Shown here piece by piece: positions 28,200 through 37,360 of a stretch of DNA of 64,000 nucleotides. Each line of letters starts with the position of its first letter. Within the stretch, counting starts at the first letter, position 1. The notes under the pieces were generated by a model, which saw nothing but the letters and a program-made list of their open reading frames with translations, was not told where the DNA came from and did no database searches. The stretch spans positions 14,209-78,208 of the forward strand of contig CAZUOM010000004.1 of assembly GCA_964621305.1 (NCBI GenBank), read 5' to 3'. A program made the position numbers and the translations under genes. Source of the DNA: an uncultured Gammaproteobacteria bacterium (GTDB taxonomy: Bacteria; Patescibacteriota; Microgenomatia; UBA10105; UBA927).

Positions 28200-29666
28200 A
28201 TGGCGACCATTGATGCACTCAAAAAAGTACGGCTGGGAAAGTTGAAAGCTCTCAAGAAATTGGGCGTTGATCCGTACCCGGCGGTCGTTGAGCGAAAAGA
28301 GTCCATTCGATCGGTTCGAGATATGCAGAAAGGCGACGTTGCGGTTGCAGGCCGCATCATGGGATTGCGCGCACATGGCAAGATTGTTTTTGTAGACCTC
28401 CGAGATGAGACAGAAAGGATTCAAGTGGTGCTCAAAGCTGACGGACTTATTCCCGAAGCTCTGGCACTCCTTGACTACTTAGACATTGGTGATTTTTTGG
28501 CGGCCCGAGGGACGGTTGGGAAAACACAATCGGGAGAGCTCTCTGTTTTTGCAAGCAACATACAATTGCTTTCTAAAGCTATCCGGCCGCTGCCGGATGC
28601 CTGGTACGGCCTCAAAGATGTCGAAGAGCGGTATCGCAAGCGCTATCTAGATATCCTCCTGAACCCCGAAGTTAAAAAAAGGCTTGAAACTCGTAGTCGA
28701 GTGATTGATGCCATACGAGATTTCCTTACCAATCGCGAATTTTTGGAAGTGGAGACCCCTACCTTGCAACCGATATACGGAGGTGGTCTGGCTCGGCCGT
28801 TTGTGACCCACCATAATGTACTCGATACTGATTTTTACCTGCGGATTTCCGACGAGATGTATCTCAAGCGGCTCATTGTCGCCGGATTTGAGAAAGTCTT
28901 TGAGATAACCAAGGTTTTTCGCAACGAAGGGGTCGATCGCAATCACAATCCGGAATTTACCATGTTTGAAGCACAGATTGCCTATCAGGATTACTTCTAT
29001 GGCATGGATATTACTGAGGAGCTTATCGAGTATGTTGCGCGCCAAGTTCTAGGATCAACCAAATTTACCTATCAGGGTTTGGAAATGGATGTTAGACGAC
29101 CTTGGCCACGACACCGTCTCGTTGAGGCGGTTCATAAATTTACTGGAGTTGATCCACTTGTATGGAAGAGGGTCGGTGAAGCAAAAGAAGCGATTCAGGC
29201 GATGGAGGGGATACCAGAGGCGAAACTAGGGCTACTTGCAAAACTGCAATCCTTAGGCGAATCCATGGTCTTTGCCTTTGATGAAGCAGTACAACCAAAG
29301 ATTGTTGCCCCAACCATCGTCTACGATTATCCGATCGAGGTTTCGCCACTTGCAAAGAAATGTGAAGATCCCCGCTTCGCCCAACGATTCGAGGTATTTG
29401 CCGCAGGAAGTGAGCTGGGAAATAACTATACCGAGCTTAATGACCCGCAAGATCTTAAAACGCGCTTTGCAGAGGAGAAAAAACGGGCCCAAGCTGGTGT
29501 TGTTGAGGCTCACCAAACAGACTCTGACTACCTGGAGGCCATCGAACACGGTTTCCCGCCCACCTGCGGCCTGGGGATAGGTATTGATCGATTAGTGATG
29601 CTTCTTTCTGATGCCAAATCCATAAAAGAGGTGATTCCGTTTCCCCTGATGAAAAAAGAAAAATGA
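28200..29666 (+). CDS. lysS: lysyl-tRNA synthetase (class II)
   Basis: OB-fold N-terminus. FRNEGVDRNHNPEFTMFE motif 2 and GLGIGIDRLVMLL motif 3. Confidence 0.9.
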   Translation: MATIDALKKVRLGKLKALKKLGVDPYPAVVERKESIRSVRDMQKGDVAVAGRIMGLRAHGKIVFVDLRDETERIQVVLKADGLIPEALALLDYLDIGDFLAARGTVGKTQSGELSVFASNIQLLSKAIRPLPDAWYGLKDVEERYRKRYLDILLNPEVKKRLETRSRVIDAIRDFLTNREFLEVETPTLQPIYGGGLARPFVTHHNVLDTDFYLRISDEMYLKRLIVAGFEKVFEITKVFRNEGVDRNHNPEFTMFEAQIAYQDYFYGMDITEELIEYVARQVLGSTKFTYQGLEMDVRRPWPRHRLVEAVHKFTGVDPLVWKRVGEAKEAIQAMEGIPEAKLGLLAKLQSLGESMVFAFDEAVQPKIVAPTIVYDYPIEVSPLAKKCEDPRFAQRFEVFAAGSELGNNYTELNDPQDLKTRFAEEKKRAQAGVVEAHQTDSDYLEAIEHGFPPTCGLGIGIDRLVMLLSDAKSIKEVIPFPLMKKEK

Positions 29667-30229
29667 TCACCAAACAACAGGCTATAGATCTCCTGCATTT
29701 CCACACGCAAAACCAAAACCTTCGGCGGCATATGTATGCGGTTGCGGCGGTGATGGGTGCGCTGGCAGGCAAGCTTGGCGGGGATCCGGAAACCTGGGAA
29801 GTTTTAGGACTTTTACACGACGCAGACTGGGAAGAAACTAAGGACACGCCGAACGAGCATACGAAAAGAACGCTGAGCTGGCTTGCTGAGCTGGGAGAAA
29901 CAGATGGGCCAATTGTCCACGCGCTCATGTCCCACAACCGCAAATACACCGGCCTTGCAGAACTTGACGGCGTTATGGAGTGGGCGCTTGAGACGTGCGA
30001 TGAATTGACTGGCTTTATTATTGCAGTTGCCTTAGTGCGACCCGAAAGGAAACTTGAAACCGTGAGTGTCGAATCAATCTTAAAGAAATGGAAAACCAAA
30101 GAGTTTGCAAGAGCCGTCGATCGGTCACAAATAGAACAATGTGAAGTGAGACTGGGAATTACACTAGATGAATTTATTCAAATCACATTGACTGCAATGA
30201 AAAACATCCACAATGAGTTAGGCCTGTGA
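29663..30229 (+). CDS. HD-domain phosphohydrolase
   Basis: H..HD motif (LGLLHDADW) plus downstream His/Asp. ATGA-type overlap with lysS. Confidence 0.6.
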   Translation: MITKQQAIDLLHFHTQNQNLRRHMYAVAAVMGALAGKLGGDPETWEVLGLLHDADWEETKDTPNEHTKRTLSWLAELGETDGPIVHALMSHNRKYTGLAELDGVMEWALETCDELTGFIIAVALVRPERKLETVSVESILKKWKTKEFARAVDRSQIEQCEVRLGITLDEFIQITLTAMKNIHNELGL

Positions 30230-30858
30230 AACAACTTCTTATTGCCACTACCAATCCAGGCAAGTTTGCTGAAATATCAATGTTTTTATCTGATTTACGA
30301 ATCAGACTTATTGGACTTAAGGATGCGGGCATTGGCGAGCGAGTCCAGGAAACAGGCAAAACGTTCGAGGAAAACGCGATTCTTAAGGTCAAGTTTTACG
30401 CCAAAAAGTCCGGGTTGCCTACGATTGCTGATGATGGGGGATTTGAAATAGACGCGTTAGGAGGTGAGCCGGGGGTGAAGTCGCACCGATGGGTGCACGG
30501 CGATCGTGAAGATACTGATGAGGATCTTATTGCCAATACGATCACACGGCTTCAAGGCGTTCCGCTTCCGGAGAGGGGAGCGCAGCTTCGGGCAGTCATC
30601 GCTTTTGGATCTCCCGACGGCACGGCTTATACAGCAGAAGGAGTCATACGTGGAGTGATTCCACTGCAGCCCTCTCCGACGCGAACGCCAGGCTTTCCCT
30701 TTCGTTCACTCCTTTACATTCCAGAGCTTGGAAAGTTCTATAACTTCGACGTATTGAGTCCAGAGGAGAACGAAGCGTATAATCATAGGAAGAAAGCCCT
30801 TGACCTGCTCAAACCGATGATTCAAAAATTGCTGCTTGACAAGTTGTCAAGTATATAG
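30226..30858 (+). CDS. rdgB: non-canonical purine NTP pyrophosphatase (RdgB/HAM1)
   Basis: IATTNPGKFAEI N-terminal motif. HAM1-family length. Confidence 0.8.
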   Translation: MKQLLIATTNPGKFAEISMFLSDLRIRLIGLKDAGIGERVQETGKTFEENAILKVKFYAKKSGLPTIADDGGFEIDALGGEPGVKSHRWVHGDREDTDEDLIANTITRLQGVPLPERGAQLRAVIAFGSPDGTAYTAEGVIRGVIPLQPSPTRTPGFPFRSLLYIPELGKFYNFDVLSPEENEAYNHRKKALDLLKPMIQKLLLDKLSSI

Positions 30859-30873
30859 TATCGTAGTTGCACG

Positions 30874-31113
30874 ATGTATCAATTACCTGTTGGACAATTC
30901 AAATCCAATTTTTCCGAAATTTTAGAAATTGTTCTCAGGGGAGGGAGCGTGGGGATTACGTATGGTAAAAGCAAAAGAAAAGTAGCAGCGCTGGTGCCTT
31001 ATAATAAACATACGTCAGGCCAAAAAATTAAATTAGGTATCCTTAAAGGTAAGGCCTCATATAAAATAAAAGAAGGGTTTAAGATGACTGAAGAGCAATT
31101 TCTTGGTCTATGA
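30874..31113 (+). CDS. Phd/YefM-type antitoxin
   Basis: NFSEILEIVLRGGSVGITYGKSKRKVAALVPY pattern. 4-nt overlap with a downstream PIN toxin. Confidence 0.55.
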   Translation: MYQLPVGQFKSNFSEILEIVLRGGSVGITYGKSKRKVAALVPYNKHTSGQKIKLGILKGKASYKIKEGFKMTEEQFLGL

Positions 31114-31508
31114 GTTATCTCGTTGATACCCAAATTTTCCTGTGGTCGCTAATGTCACCAAAAAAAATTTCTCAGAAAATAAGTAAAATCCTCAATGACC
31201 CTGAACCCGCAAAGCATATTAGTATTTTTTCCTTTTGGGAAATTTCTTTGAAGTTTTCGCTTGGCAAAATTGATCTAATCGGCGTTTTACCTGATGAATT
31301 ACCCGATATTGCTAAAAAGGCCAATTTCGATGTTTTAGACGTAGACGTAAAAACGGTTTCCTCTTACCACAAACTACCTTACGGAAGAAATAAAGATCCA
31401 TTTGATCGTATGTTGGCTTGGCAGGCAATACGTAACGATTATTATTTACTGACAAAAGATCCGGATTTTGCCGATTATAAAGCCCAGGGATTGAAGATAA
31501 TTTGGTAA
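31110..31508 (+). CDS. vapC: PIN-domain toxin (VapC family)
   Basis: Acidic quartet: LVDTQ, WEIS, DPFDR, TKDPDF. Confidence 0.65.
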   Translation: MSYLVDTQIFLWSLMSPKKISQKISKILNDPEPAKHISIFSFWEISLKFSLGKIDLIGVLPDELPDIAKKANFDVLDVDVKTVSSYHKLPYGRNKDPFDRMLAWQAIRNDYYLLTKDPDFADYKAQGLKIIW

Positions 31509-31559
31509 CTTGATTTTATTAATCTTGCAGGGTAAGCGCTTTAGACGTATTCTTAAGCT

Positions 31560-32795
31560 ATGCTTGATATTAAATTTATTCGCGAAAATTTAGAGCTTTG
31601 TAAGAAGGCAGCCCTGAACAAAAATCGGGAAGTGGATTGGGAGGGATTGCTTGCGGCAGATGAAAAACGGAGAGAACTTATCGGAAAAGTTGAGTTGTTG
31701 CGCGCAAGGAGAAACGATTCAAGCGTTGAGAATCGAGAAAGAGGAAAAAAAGTTAAAGTAGAACTTAGGAAGTTTGAAGAAGAGTTGCGAGACATAGAAG
31801 AGAAATTTGAGGTACAGATGCTTACAGTGCCCAATGTGCCGGATGAAAGCGTACCGGTAGGAAAAGACGCAAGCGGGAATAAAGAAATAAAGAAGTGGGG
31901 AGGGCCCACAAAGTTTGACTTTGAATCGAAAGATCACATAGCGCTTGCCAAATCTCTTGATCTTATCGACTTTGAGCGTGGAGTAAAGGTGGGAGGCTTC
32001 CGGGCGTATTTTCTCAAAAACGAAGCGGCCCAGATGGAGCTGGCCCTCATGTGGTATACGCTCAGTAAACTTGTTGCCAAAGGCCACACTCCGCTTATTG
32101 CTCCATCTCTGGTTAAGGATTTTACGCTCGTTGGTAATGGTCAGTTTCCTTGGGGCAGGGAAGAAGTCTATCATCTTGAAAAAGACGATCTGTATTTGGC
32201 AGGTACTGCAGAAGTCCCGGTGACGGCATATTTTGCCGATGAGTTGCTCAATGAAAAAGATTTACCAAAAAAGTTTGTTGCGTTTTCGCCGTGTTTCCGG
32301 CGAGAAGCAGGGAGCTACGGAAAAGATACCAAAGGGGTCTATCGGTTACACCAATTTAATAAAATTGAGCAAGTTGTTATTTCGACCAATGATATGAACA
32401 GTTCTTTTACTCTTCATGAGGAACTCTTAGCCAACGCAGAAGAAATTTTGCAGGACCTTGAACTTCCATACCGCGTGATGCTCATGTGCACCGGAGACAT
32501 GGGCGAGCCCCAGGTGAAAAAATATGACATAGAGACTTGGATGCCCGGCCGTAAAGCCTATGGAGAGACCATGTCCAATTCAGTCATGGGTGATTTTCAG
32601 GCGAGGAGACTCAAAATACGCTACCGGGCCAAAGACGGCACGACAAAGTTCTGCCATACGCTAAACAACACCGCCCTTGCCTCGCCGCGCATCCTGATTG
32701 CCATTTTAGAAAATTATCAGCAGGCAGATGGGTCGGTAAAGGTTCCGAAAGTACTTCAAAGCTTCCTTGGTAAAGAAGTCATCCGCCGAACATGA
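31560..32795 (+). CDS. serS: seryl-tRNA synthetase
   Basis: N-terminal coiled-coil. Class II motifs (FRREAGSYGKDTKGVYRLHQF, GETMSNS). Confidence 0.9.
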   Translation: MLDIKFIRENLELCKKAALNKNREVDWEGLLAADEKRRELIGKVELLRARRNDSSVENRERGKKVKVELRKFEEELRDIEEKFEVQMLTVPNVPDESVPVGKDASGNKEIKKWGGPTKFDFESKDHIALAKSLDLIDFERGVKVGGFRAYFLKNEAAQMELALMWYTLSKLVAKGHTPLIAPSLVKDFTLVGNGQFPWGREEVYHLEKDDLYLAGTAEVPVTAYFADELLNEKDLPKKFVAFSPCFRREAGSYGKDTKGVYRLHQFNKIEQVVISTNDMNSSFTLHEELLANAEEILQDLELPYRVMLMCTGDMGEPQVKKYDIETWMPGRKAYGETMSNSVMGDFQARRLKIRYRAKDGTTKFCHTLNNTALASPRILIAILENYQQADGSVKVPKVLQSFLGKEVIRRT

Positions 32796-33463
32796 CTTGG
32801 CTCTCCTATATATTTACTCAAACGATACTGCAAACTTCCTCAAAATATAACCGCGAGATTCGGGTAAATGAGGAGCGCGGCAAGCTCAAGCTCTTGGTTA
32901 ATGGCTCCCGGCAGTCCGGTGAGTATATCGAGAAGCTCTGGAAAGAGGCATTTAAAGCATTTGGATTGCCTCAGAGCCATTTGCAAGGGGACCCCTTGCA
33001 AATTCTTGTTTTGGGTGTTGGGGGCGGGACGGTTATTCAAATGCTTAATGCCTATTATCCCAACGCTTCGATTATTGCTGTTGACATTGACCAGACCATG
33101 ATAGACATAGGGAAGAAATATTTTGGTCTGGACAGGCTTCCTAACATTTCCTTTGTCTGCCAGGATGCGGAACAATTTGTCCAGAAAAAGACGAAACGAC
33201 CATATGACCTGGTGATTGTTGATTTGTTTATCGGCACTCACGTGCCCGAAGTCGTAAGGGATGAAAACTTTTTGAAAAATATTAAAACAATGTTGATGCC
33301 TCGTGGAAGCGTGGTCATCAATTACTTACACGAGTTTGAGTACGTCAAGCAATCTGACGAATTAAAGGAGCTTCTCGAGCGTTTATTTCCTAGTGTCATA
33401 GAAAAGTTTAACTACAATAACCGGTTCTTTCTGTGCAATCCCACCCGGTATGCATTAAGTTAA
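32792..33463 (+). CDS. spermidine-synthase-like class I SAM-dependent methyltransferase (short form)
   Basis: ILVLGVGGGTVIQML...IIAVDIDQTMIDIGKKYF and DLVIVDLF resemble the PABS/SpeE core. Confidence 0.5.
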   Translation: MTWLSYIFTQTILQTSSKYNREIRVNEERGKLKLLVNGSRQSGEYIEKLWKEAFKAFGLPQSHLQGDPLQILVLGVGGGTVIQMLNAYYPNASIIAVDIDQTMIDIGKKYFGLDRLPNISFVCQDAEQFVQKKTKRPYDLVIVDLFIGTHVPEVVRDENFLKNIKTMLMPRGSVVINYLHEFEYVKQSDELKELLERLFPSVIEKFNYNNRFFLCNPTRYALS

Positions 33464-33563
33464 GCCTAGGAGTAAGAAGCGGCCGCTTTTCACTACTAGG
33501 TTGGTTTTTTTTGCTTCTGGTTGCGTAGTTTAGGTACGAAGCTTCTGGTGATACAATAAGGGC

Positions 33564-36236
33564 ATGTTTAAGTTCCTCGGAAAACTACTTGATAGTAACG
33601 AAAAAGAAATAAGTAAGCTGCGAGCGATTGTTGATCGTGTAAATAGTCTTGAGATAGAGATTAAAAAACTCAAAGACGCTGATTTTCCCAAAAAAACTGC
33701 AGAATTGCGAGAGCGCTTGAGTCGTGGAGAAATGCTTGACGGGATTTTGCCCGAAGCCTATGCGCTCGTTCGAGAAGCTGCTCACCGGACGATCGGGCAG
33801 AGGCCATTTGACGTTCAGATAATGGCCGCCAGTGCCCTTCACCAGGGAAAAGTTGCCGAGCAAAAAACAGGGGAGGGGAAAACGCTTTCAGCTACCCCAG
33901 CACTTTACCTCAACGCTCTTACAGGCCGCGGCGCACACCTTGTAACCGTTAACGATTATCTGGCCCGGCGTGACGCGGGTTGGATGGGGCCTATTTATTG
34001 TCTATTGGGGATGAAAGTCGCAGCAATCATAAGCGAGCAATCTTTTTTGTACGATCCTACCACCGACGACACAACGGCCACTGATTGGCGCCTTAAACAT
34101 CTTCGGCCAGTCAGCCGCAAAGAGGCCTATCAAGCAGACATTACCTACGGAATCAACAGCGAATTTGGATTTGATTACCTACGCGACAACATGACAACTG
34201 ATATGAACCAGCTCGTCCAGCGCGAGTATCACTTTGCAGTCATTGATGAAGTTGACTCGATTCTAATTGACGAGGCGCGTACGCCGCACATCATATCTGC
34301 CCCGGCAGCGGAAGCCACACACAAGTATTACGACTACGCCAAATTAGTTGATAGGCTGACGTCGGAGATCGATTATAAAATTGATGAAAAGTTGCGTACC
34401 GCACACCTGACAGACCACGGTATTGTCAAAGTAGAAAAGATGATGGGGTTGGGCAATATATACGAGACAGACTTCGAAACAGTTCACCATATCGAGGCGG
34501 CACTTAAAGCGAGGACCTTATTTCAAAGAGATAAAGATTATGTTGTCAAAGACGGACAAGTGATTATTGTTGATGAGTTTACTGGCCGGCTTCTGGTGGG
34601 CCGACGATTTAGCGAAGGGATTCACCAGGCAATAGAGGCCAAAGAAGGCGTAACTATTCAACAGGAGAGTAGAACCTTGGCAACCGTATCTCTTCAAAAT
34701 TATTTTCGCATGTACGAAAAACTGGCCGGCATGACAGGAACTGCAGCGACTGAGGCAGAGGAGTTTAAGAAAATTTATAACGTTGATGTGGTTGTCATTC
34801 CAACACATCGGCCGATGATCCGCCGGGATTTTGCCGACAGCGTCTATAAAACGCCGAGAGCCAAGTATGCTGCCATCGTCAATGACATAATTGAAGCCTA
34901 CAAAAGGGGACAACCTGTGCTTGTTGGCACCACTTCTATAGAAAAAAATGAGATTATCAGCGAATTTCTCAAGCGCAAGGGTATCCCACACAACGTATTA
35001 AACGCTAAAAATCACCTGCGAGAGGCTATGATCATCGCCGAAGCAGGCAAAAAAAGCGCCGTGACTGTCGCAACCAACATGGCCGGTCGGGGAGTGGACA
35101 TCATTCTTGGAGGATCGAGGAAAGAGAAATGGGAGGTGGGGGATGATAGAGAATGGAAGATGGAAGATGGCAGATGGAGAGAGCGGCACGATGAGGTTGT
35201 AAGTGTTGGTGGACTTCATGTGATAGGCAGTGAACGACATGAGAGCAGGCGCATTGATAATCAGCTCAGAGGCCGAAGTGGCCGTCAGGGCGATCCGGGG
35301 ACGAGCAGGTTTTATGTGTCTTTGGAGGATGACATTATGCGTCTGTTTGGAGGCGAACAGGTAGCAAAGCTTATGGATATCTTTAAGCTGCCTGAAGACG
35401 TGCCGTTGGAGCACGGAATGGTTTCTAGGGCTATCGAGCAGGCGCAGACCAAAGTCGAGGGCTTCCATTTTGATAGCCGCAAACACCTGGTGGAATACGA
35501 CGACGTTCTCAATAAACAGCGGGAAATTATTTACCGTCGCCGGAGAAAAATTTTGGAGGGCGAGTCGCAAAAAGAAGCCATTATTGAAAAAATTACTACA
35601 GAAATAAGGAAAGTCGTTTCGATTTATTCAGATGAAAGAGGAACAATCGAACGGGAGAAAATTGTCTCCGAATTTATCGCAATAATTCCGTTTGACCTGG
35701 CGTCGCAAGGCCAGTTTTTGAAACAACTTGAACAGTTCCATACTACGGGCGAAACGATTGAATTCCTTATAAAACTCATAAGCGATATGTATGAAACGCG
35801 AGAGAAGGAGGTATCTAGCGAGATCATGCGTCAGATCGAGCACTGGGTGAGTTTGCAGGTGATGGATAATCTCTGGATGGATCACCTGGATGCCATCGAT
35901 GATCTCCGAGAAGGCATTGGCCTTCGTGGCTATGGCCAGCGCGATCCGCTCGTCGAGTACAAAAACGAAGCGTTCAATATGTTCGAGCGACTAATCGCCA
36001 CCATCGACAGCGAAATTGTGCACAGGCTTTTTAAAGTGCAGGTGCAGCTTGCACAACCTCCAACGAACAACCCACAACCGACAACAAAAGTACCAGAAAA
36101 ACCTGTGCAAACTAAAAATAATCAACCCGTTAACCAATTACCTGTAATTGCTAAGAAGCTTGGCCGCAACGATCCGTGCTGGTGTGGAAGCGGCAAGAAA
36201 TGGAAAAAATGTCATTATCCAAATCTTCCGAAATAA
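33564..36236 (+). CDS. secA: preprotein translocase ATPase SecA
   Basis: DEAD motor domains. HESRRIDNQLRGRSGRQGDPG. C-terminal zinc finger CWCGSGKKWKKCH. Confidence 0.9.
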   Translation: MFKFLGKLLDSNEKEISKLRAIVDRVNSLEIEIKKLKDADFPKKTAELRERLSRGEMLDGILPEAYALVREAAHRTIGQRPFDVQIMAASALHQGKVAEQKTGEGKTLSATPALYLNALTGRGAHLVTVNDYLARRDAGWMGPIYCLLGMKVAAIISEQSFLYDPTTDDTTATDWRLKHLRPVSRKEAYQADITYGINSEFGFDYLRDNMTTDMNQLVQREYHFAVIDEVDSILIDEARTPHIISAPAAEATHKYYDYAKLVDRLTSEIDYKIDEKLRTAHLTDHGIVKVEKMMGLGNIYETDFETVHHIEAALKARTLFQRDKDYVVKDGQVIIVDEFTGRLLVGRRFSEGIHQAIEAKEGVTIQQESRTLATVSLQNYFRMYEKLAGMTGTAATEAEEFKKIYNVDVVVIPTHRPMIRRDFADSVYKTPRAKYAAIVNDIIEAYKRGQPVLVGTTSIEKNEIISEFLKRKGIPHNVLNAKNHLREAMIIAEAGKKSAVTVATNMAGRGVDIILGGSRKEKWEVGDDREWKMEDGRWRERHDEVVSVGGLHVIGSERHESRRIDNQLRGRSGRQGDPGTSRFYVSLEDDIMRLFGGEQVAKLMDIFKLPEDVPLEHGMVSRAIEQAQTKVEGFHFDSRKHLVEYDDVLNKQREIIYRRRRKILEGESQKEAIIEKITTEIRKVVSIYSDERGTIEREKIVSEFIAIIPFDLASQGQFLKQLEQFHTTGETIEFLIKLISDMYETREKEVSSEIMRQIEHWVSLQVMDNLWMDHLDAIDDLREGIGLRGYGQRDPLVEYKNEAFNMFERLIATIDSEIVHRLFKVQVQLAQPPTNNPQPTTKVPEKPVQTKNNQPVNQLPVIAKKLGRNDPCWCGSGKKWKKCHYPNLPK
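35142..35183 (+). repeat. tandem heptanucleotide repeat (GAAGATG-like)x6 in frame inside secA
   Basis: gatgata gagaatg gaagatg gaagatg gcagatg gagagag, encoding DDREWKMEDGRWRER, in a variable linker of SecA. Confidence 0.8.
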
Positions 36237-36240
36237 AGGT

Positions 36241-36835
36241 ATGCAGTACACAATCTTAGGGAAAACCGGACTTAAAGTGTCAAGAATCGGTTTTGGAGGT
36301 TGGGGTATTGGTGGGGGTGCACCAGTCTTGCGGTGGTCTGATATGTGGAAGGCTAACGACAGTCTTTCTAAACAGGCATTGATTAAAGCATACGATCTCG
36401 GCGTAAATTTCTACGACACTGCTTTAGTATATGCAGATGGCCATAGCGAGAGACTGATCGCCAATACCTTAAAAGGTAAAAATATTATAGTCGCCACCAA
36501 AGTACCGCCAAAAGACTTTCATTAATATTTTTGATCAAGCCCCCAGAGATAAATTATTTCCACTTGCTCGTAAAAATAATATTGGAATTATTGCAAGAGT
36601 ACCGCTAGATGAAGGCTCACTTGGAGGGCTTTTTACTCCAAAGAGATCAATGGCTCAGATTGCGTTGAAGTATTGTTTGTTAGATGAGGGGGCAGATGTT
36701 GGTATTGTTGGAATGCGTAGCCCTAATCATGTCGCCGAGAACCTAGAAAGTATTAACGTTGAATTAAAACCGGAAGAAATAGATTATCTTAACAGTCAAA
36801 GATGGATCAGAAACTTTTATCCTGAAGATGTATAA
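36241..36835 (+). pseudogene. aldo/keto reductase with an internal deletion of about 100 codons and a frame change
   Basis: N-terminal fragment [36 protein letters not shown] (stop at 36525). The C-terminal portion, [58 protein letters not shown]..., continues in the +1 frame to 36835. The central TIM-barrel part is missing. Confidence 0.6.
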
Positions 36836-36867
36836 TTCTAAAATTAAAAATGTAAAGCGTATGGTAG

Positions 36868-36893
36868 TATAATTGATAGGAGGGGAGGTGAGA
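36868..36893 (+). promoter_or_regulatory. perfect -10 box TATAAT (36868-36873) followed by a strong Shine-Dalgarno sequence AGGAGGGGAGGTGAG (36879-36893)
   Basis: Seen directly, immediately upstream of the Cys-rich ORF. Confidence 0.4.
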
Positions 36894-36896
36894 GAT

Positions 36897-37007
36897 ATGT
36901 GTCAGATGTGCGGGTGCACGCCGTGTGCCAAATGCGGCAAGGAAATAAAAAACGGCAAGTGCGCGGGCTGCAATAAAAAATCCTCTGAGTGCAGCTGTAA
37001 GACGTAA
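36897..37007 (+). CDS. 36-aa cysteine-rich peptide (9 Cys): MCQMCGCTPCAKCGKEIKNGKCAGCNKKSSECSCKT
   Basis: Strong Shine-Dalgarno sequence 4-18 nt upstream, preceded by TATAAT. Overlapping CxxC/CxC motifs. Below the 60-aa cut-off of the ORF track. Confidence 0.45.
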   Translation: MCQMCGCTPCAKCGKEIKNGKCAGCNKKSSECSCKT

Positions 37008-37360
37008 GTCGTAATTTTACTGATCTTTATTCCTTAACGCGGTTGTTACGAAGATTGATCTGTGGTAGTAGGTCATACCATGTTCTTAGATTGTCATCAG
37101 ATGGGCTCTTGTTCATAACCTTTATTTATTCTCCAGTTGTAAACGGGAGACTGTTTATGAAGTTGGTGCATCAGTTTGTCTCTATGAACTTTTGTGACAA
37201 TACCCGCTGCAATTACAGGATGAATTGTTGCATCGGCATCAACAATAGAACGAATTTGGAAAAAGATTACACTATTAAAAGCAAAAATGCATGTTGACAA
37301 AAAAGAAATAATCATGCAAAAAGGAGATACCATTATTATTCCTTTAAAACGGCTCACCTC

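Noticed and set aside
29455-30099. 214-aa minus ORF antisense to the lysS and HD-domain genes
   Set aside because: Shadow ORF of GC-richer coding sequence. Ser/Cys-rich with no motifs.
33464-33563. AAGCGGCCGCTT palindrome plus T-run and a TGATACAAT extended -10 upstream of secA
   Set aside because: Plausible terminator and promoter, but the palindrome is only 12 nt with no loop and the -35 is poor. Too weak to list as a feature.
34518-35570. 157-aa and 190-aa minus ORFs inside secA
   Set aside because: Antisense to the highly conserved SecA motor domains.
36148-36240. ORF-track start of the aldo/keto reductase fragment at 36148 overlapping the secA 3' end
   Set aside because: The family N-terminus (MQYTILGKTGLKVS) starts at ATG 36241, right after the secA stop.
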